DNA of 64,000 nucleotides from Phyllobates terribilis. Its lineage: Eukaryota. The stretch is from the NCBI RefSeq assembly GCF_046119375.1, contig NW_027362761.1, forward strand, positions 536,858,001 through 536,922,000. The letters are read 5' to 3'. Both the position numbers and the translations under genes were made by a program. Shown here piece after piece: positions 62,877 to 64,000 of the stretch (positions are counted from its first letter, which is position 1; the number at the start of each line of letters is the position of its first letter). The notes beneath the pieces were generated by a model. It did not search any database. It was given only the letters and a program-made list of their open reading frames with translations, and had not been told where the DNA came from.

Positions 62877-62891
62877 GGTCATCAGGCCCGT
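62831..62891 (+). promoter_or_regulatory. -1 programmed ribosomal frameshift signal
   Basis: T TTA AAT in the gag frame, short spacer, stem CCTGGGG/CCCCAGG; loop GGGCC can pair with GGCCC at ~62886; the protease lies in the -1 frame. Confidence 0.75.
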
Positions 62892-64000
62892 CTAATTGGC
62901 GTGATAAGTACGTAGGGGGATGCCCGTTTTTACCCGTAGTGCTGGACGGTATCCCCATGAGTGCACTGCTGGACACCGGGTCCCAAGTGACTACCATCCC
63001 TGTACTTTTCAAGCAGTACTGGAGTGACACTGACATAACCCGCTATCCAGACAGTGACTTGAGCATCATCGCCAGCAATGGCCAGCCCGTGCCACAGGTG
63101 GGGTTCAGAGAGATGACCATTAAGATTGATAAAGTTGAACTGCCGGCACAGGGAGTGATCATTGTGGACATTGACCGTCGAGAAAGTCACCCTAAAATAA
63201 CCTTGGGTACTAACGTGATTGAAAATTGTCTTTCAGAAGTGATTGTAATTTTGCAGCAGGTGGTGATGAATGCGAGCTCCAGCCAACAGAGGGTCCTCCA
63301 GAAAGAGATAAGAGCCCTGATGAGATGGCAACAGGTAGAACTGTCTGGTGGTGAGATCTGTAGCGTGAGGATGAGAGGGATTAAGAGGGAGAGACTACCA
63401 AGCCATGGTAGAACCCGTGTACTCAGACAGCAGGCCCACCATTTTGACAGCCCGGGGGGTGGTTGATATCAGCCATGGAAGGGTGCCCGTCCGGATCTTA
63501 AACATTGGGGAAAGGGAAGTACACTTGCCCCGGCACGCTACATTAGCCAAATTGTTTGCTGTCGAACACAATGCTCTCAGGGTCGTGGAACCCTTGCCTC
63601 CATCTCCACCGGTGGAGGATAATGGCTCCCAGAAACACAAGGAGGACTGGTGCCAGAAACTCCACGTGGGTGCTGACTCCTCTCCCTCGCACCAAAAACA
63701 AGGAGTCTACCGGGTGGTTCAGGAGTACGAGAGAATCTTTAGTAAGCACACCCTAGACTTCGGCAGGGTGAAAGGGGTAGAACACCACATCCCCACGGGG
63801 AGCCACCCACCAATAAAAGAGAGACACAGACCTGTACCCCCTGCACATTATCAGAATGCAAAGGGCATGCTGAGAGAAATGAAAGAAGCTGGGGTCATTA
63901 GATATAGCTGTAGCCCCTGGGCAGCTCCCTTGATTCTGGTAAAAAAGAAAGATGGTACCATGAGAATGTGCGTGGACTATAAACAAATCAATCGTATCAC
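62831..64000 (+). pseudogene. pol: pol (aspartic protease, linker, RT start) with a frameshift near 63370-63400
   Basis: ALLDTGSQVT in frame +2; linker and RT ([32 protein letters not shown]) in frame +3, open to the window end. Confidence 0.9.

Larger units (their letters stand above)
60491..64000 (+). mobile_element. Ty3/Gypsy LTR retrotransposon (family E), 5' portion: LTR 60491-61506, PBS 61511-61529, gag, pro, RT start
   Basis: TG..CA LTR with TATAAAA (~60622) and AATAAA (~61160), preceded by TATG; tRNA-Ser PBS with one mismatch; PR-then-RT order. Confidence 0.95.

Noticed and set aside
60491-64000. Gmr1-like (integrase-before-RT) or endogenous retrovirus identity
   Set aside because: The protease is followed by a linker and then RT motifs, the canonical Gypsy order; no env is visible, although the 3' half lies outside the window.

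Overview
Eukaryotic, almost entirely repetitive DNA. The element families (CR1 with esterase ORF1, IR/DR Tc1, V-SINE, T2/Kolobok-like, hAT and Harbinger MITEs, tRNA-Ser-primed Gypsy) point to a frog genome; that assignment is inference. I found no convincing host gene. 1-20.9 kb: a 32/25-bp minisatellite carrying insertions of three Gypsy-type LTR families, tandemly re-duplicated as a ~5.9/8.4-kb unit; one unit holds a full non-autonomous LTR element where the others hold solo LTRs. 22.0-32.8 kb: a ~1.1-kb hAT MITE inflated to 10.7 kb by a full-length CR1 (intact ORF2, 18 x 127-bp 5' monomer array), a Tc1 (itself hit by a CR1 fragment) and a solo LTR. 33-43 kb: MITEs, an RTE fragment and a minisatellite-bearing hAT MITE. 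43.3-54.4 kb: another hAT MITE containing a decayed hAT transposon (with nested solo LTR and CR1) and a V-SINE. 54.5-59.1 kb: the most unusual object, a 4.5-kb LTR element with PBS and PPT but no gag/pol, which instead encodes a coiled-coil plus cold-shock-domain (Y-box/CspA-like) protein. From 60.5 kb: the 5' part of a related gag-pro-RT Gypsy element. All coordinates, TSDs and alignments were read by eye; no searches were run.
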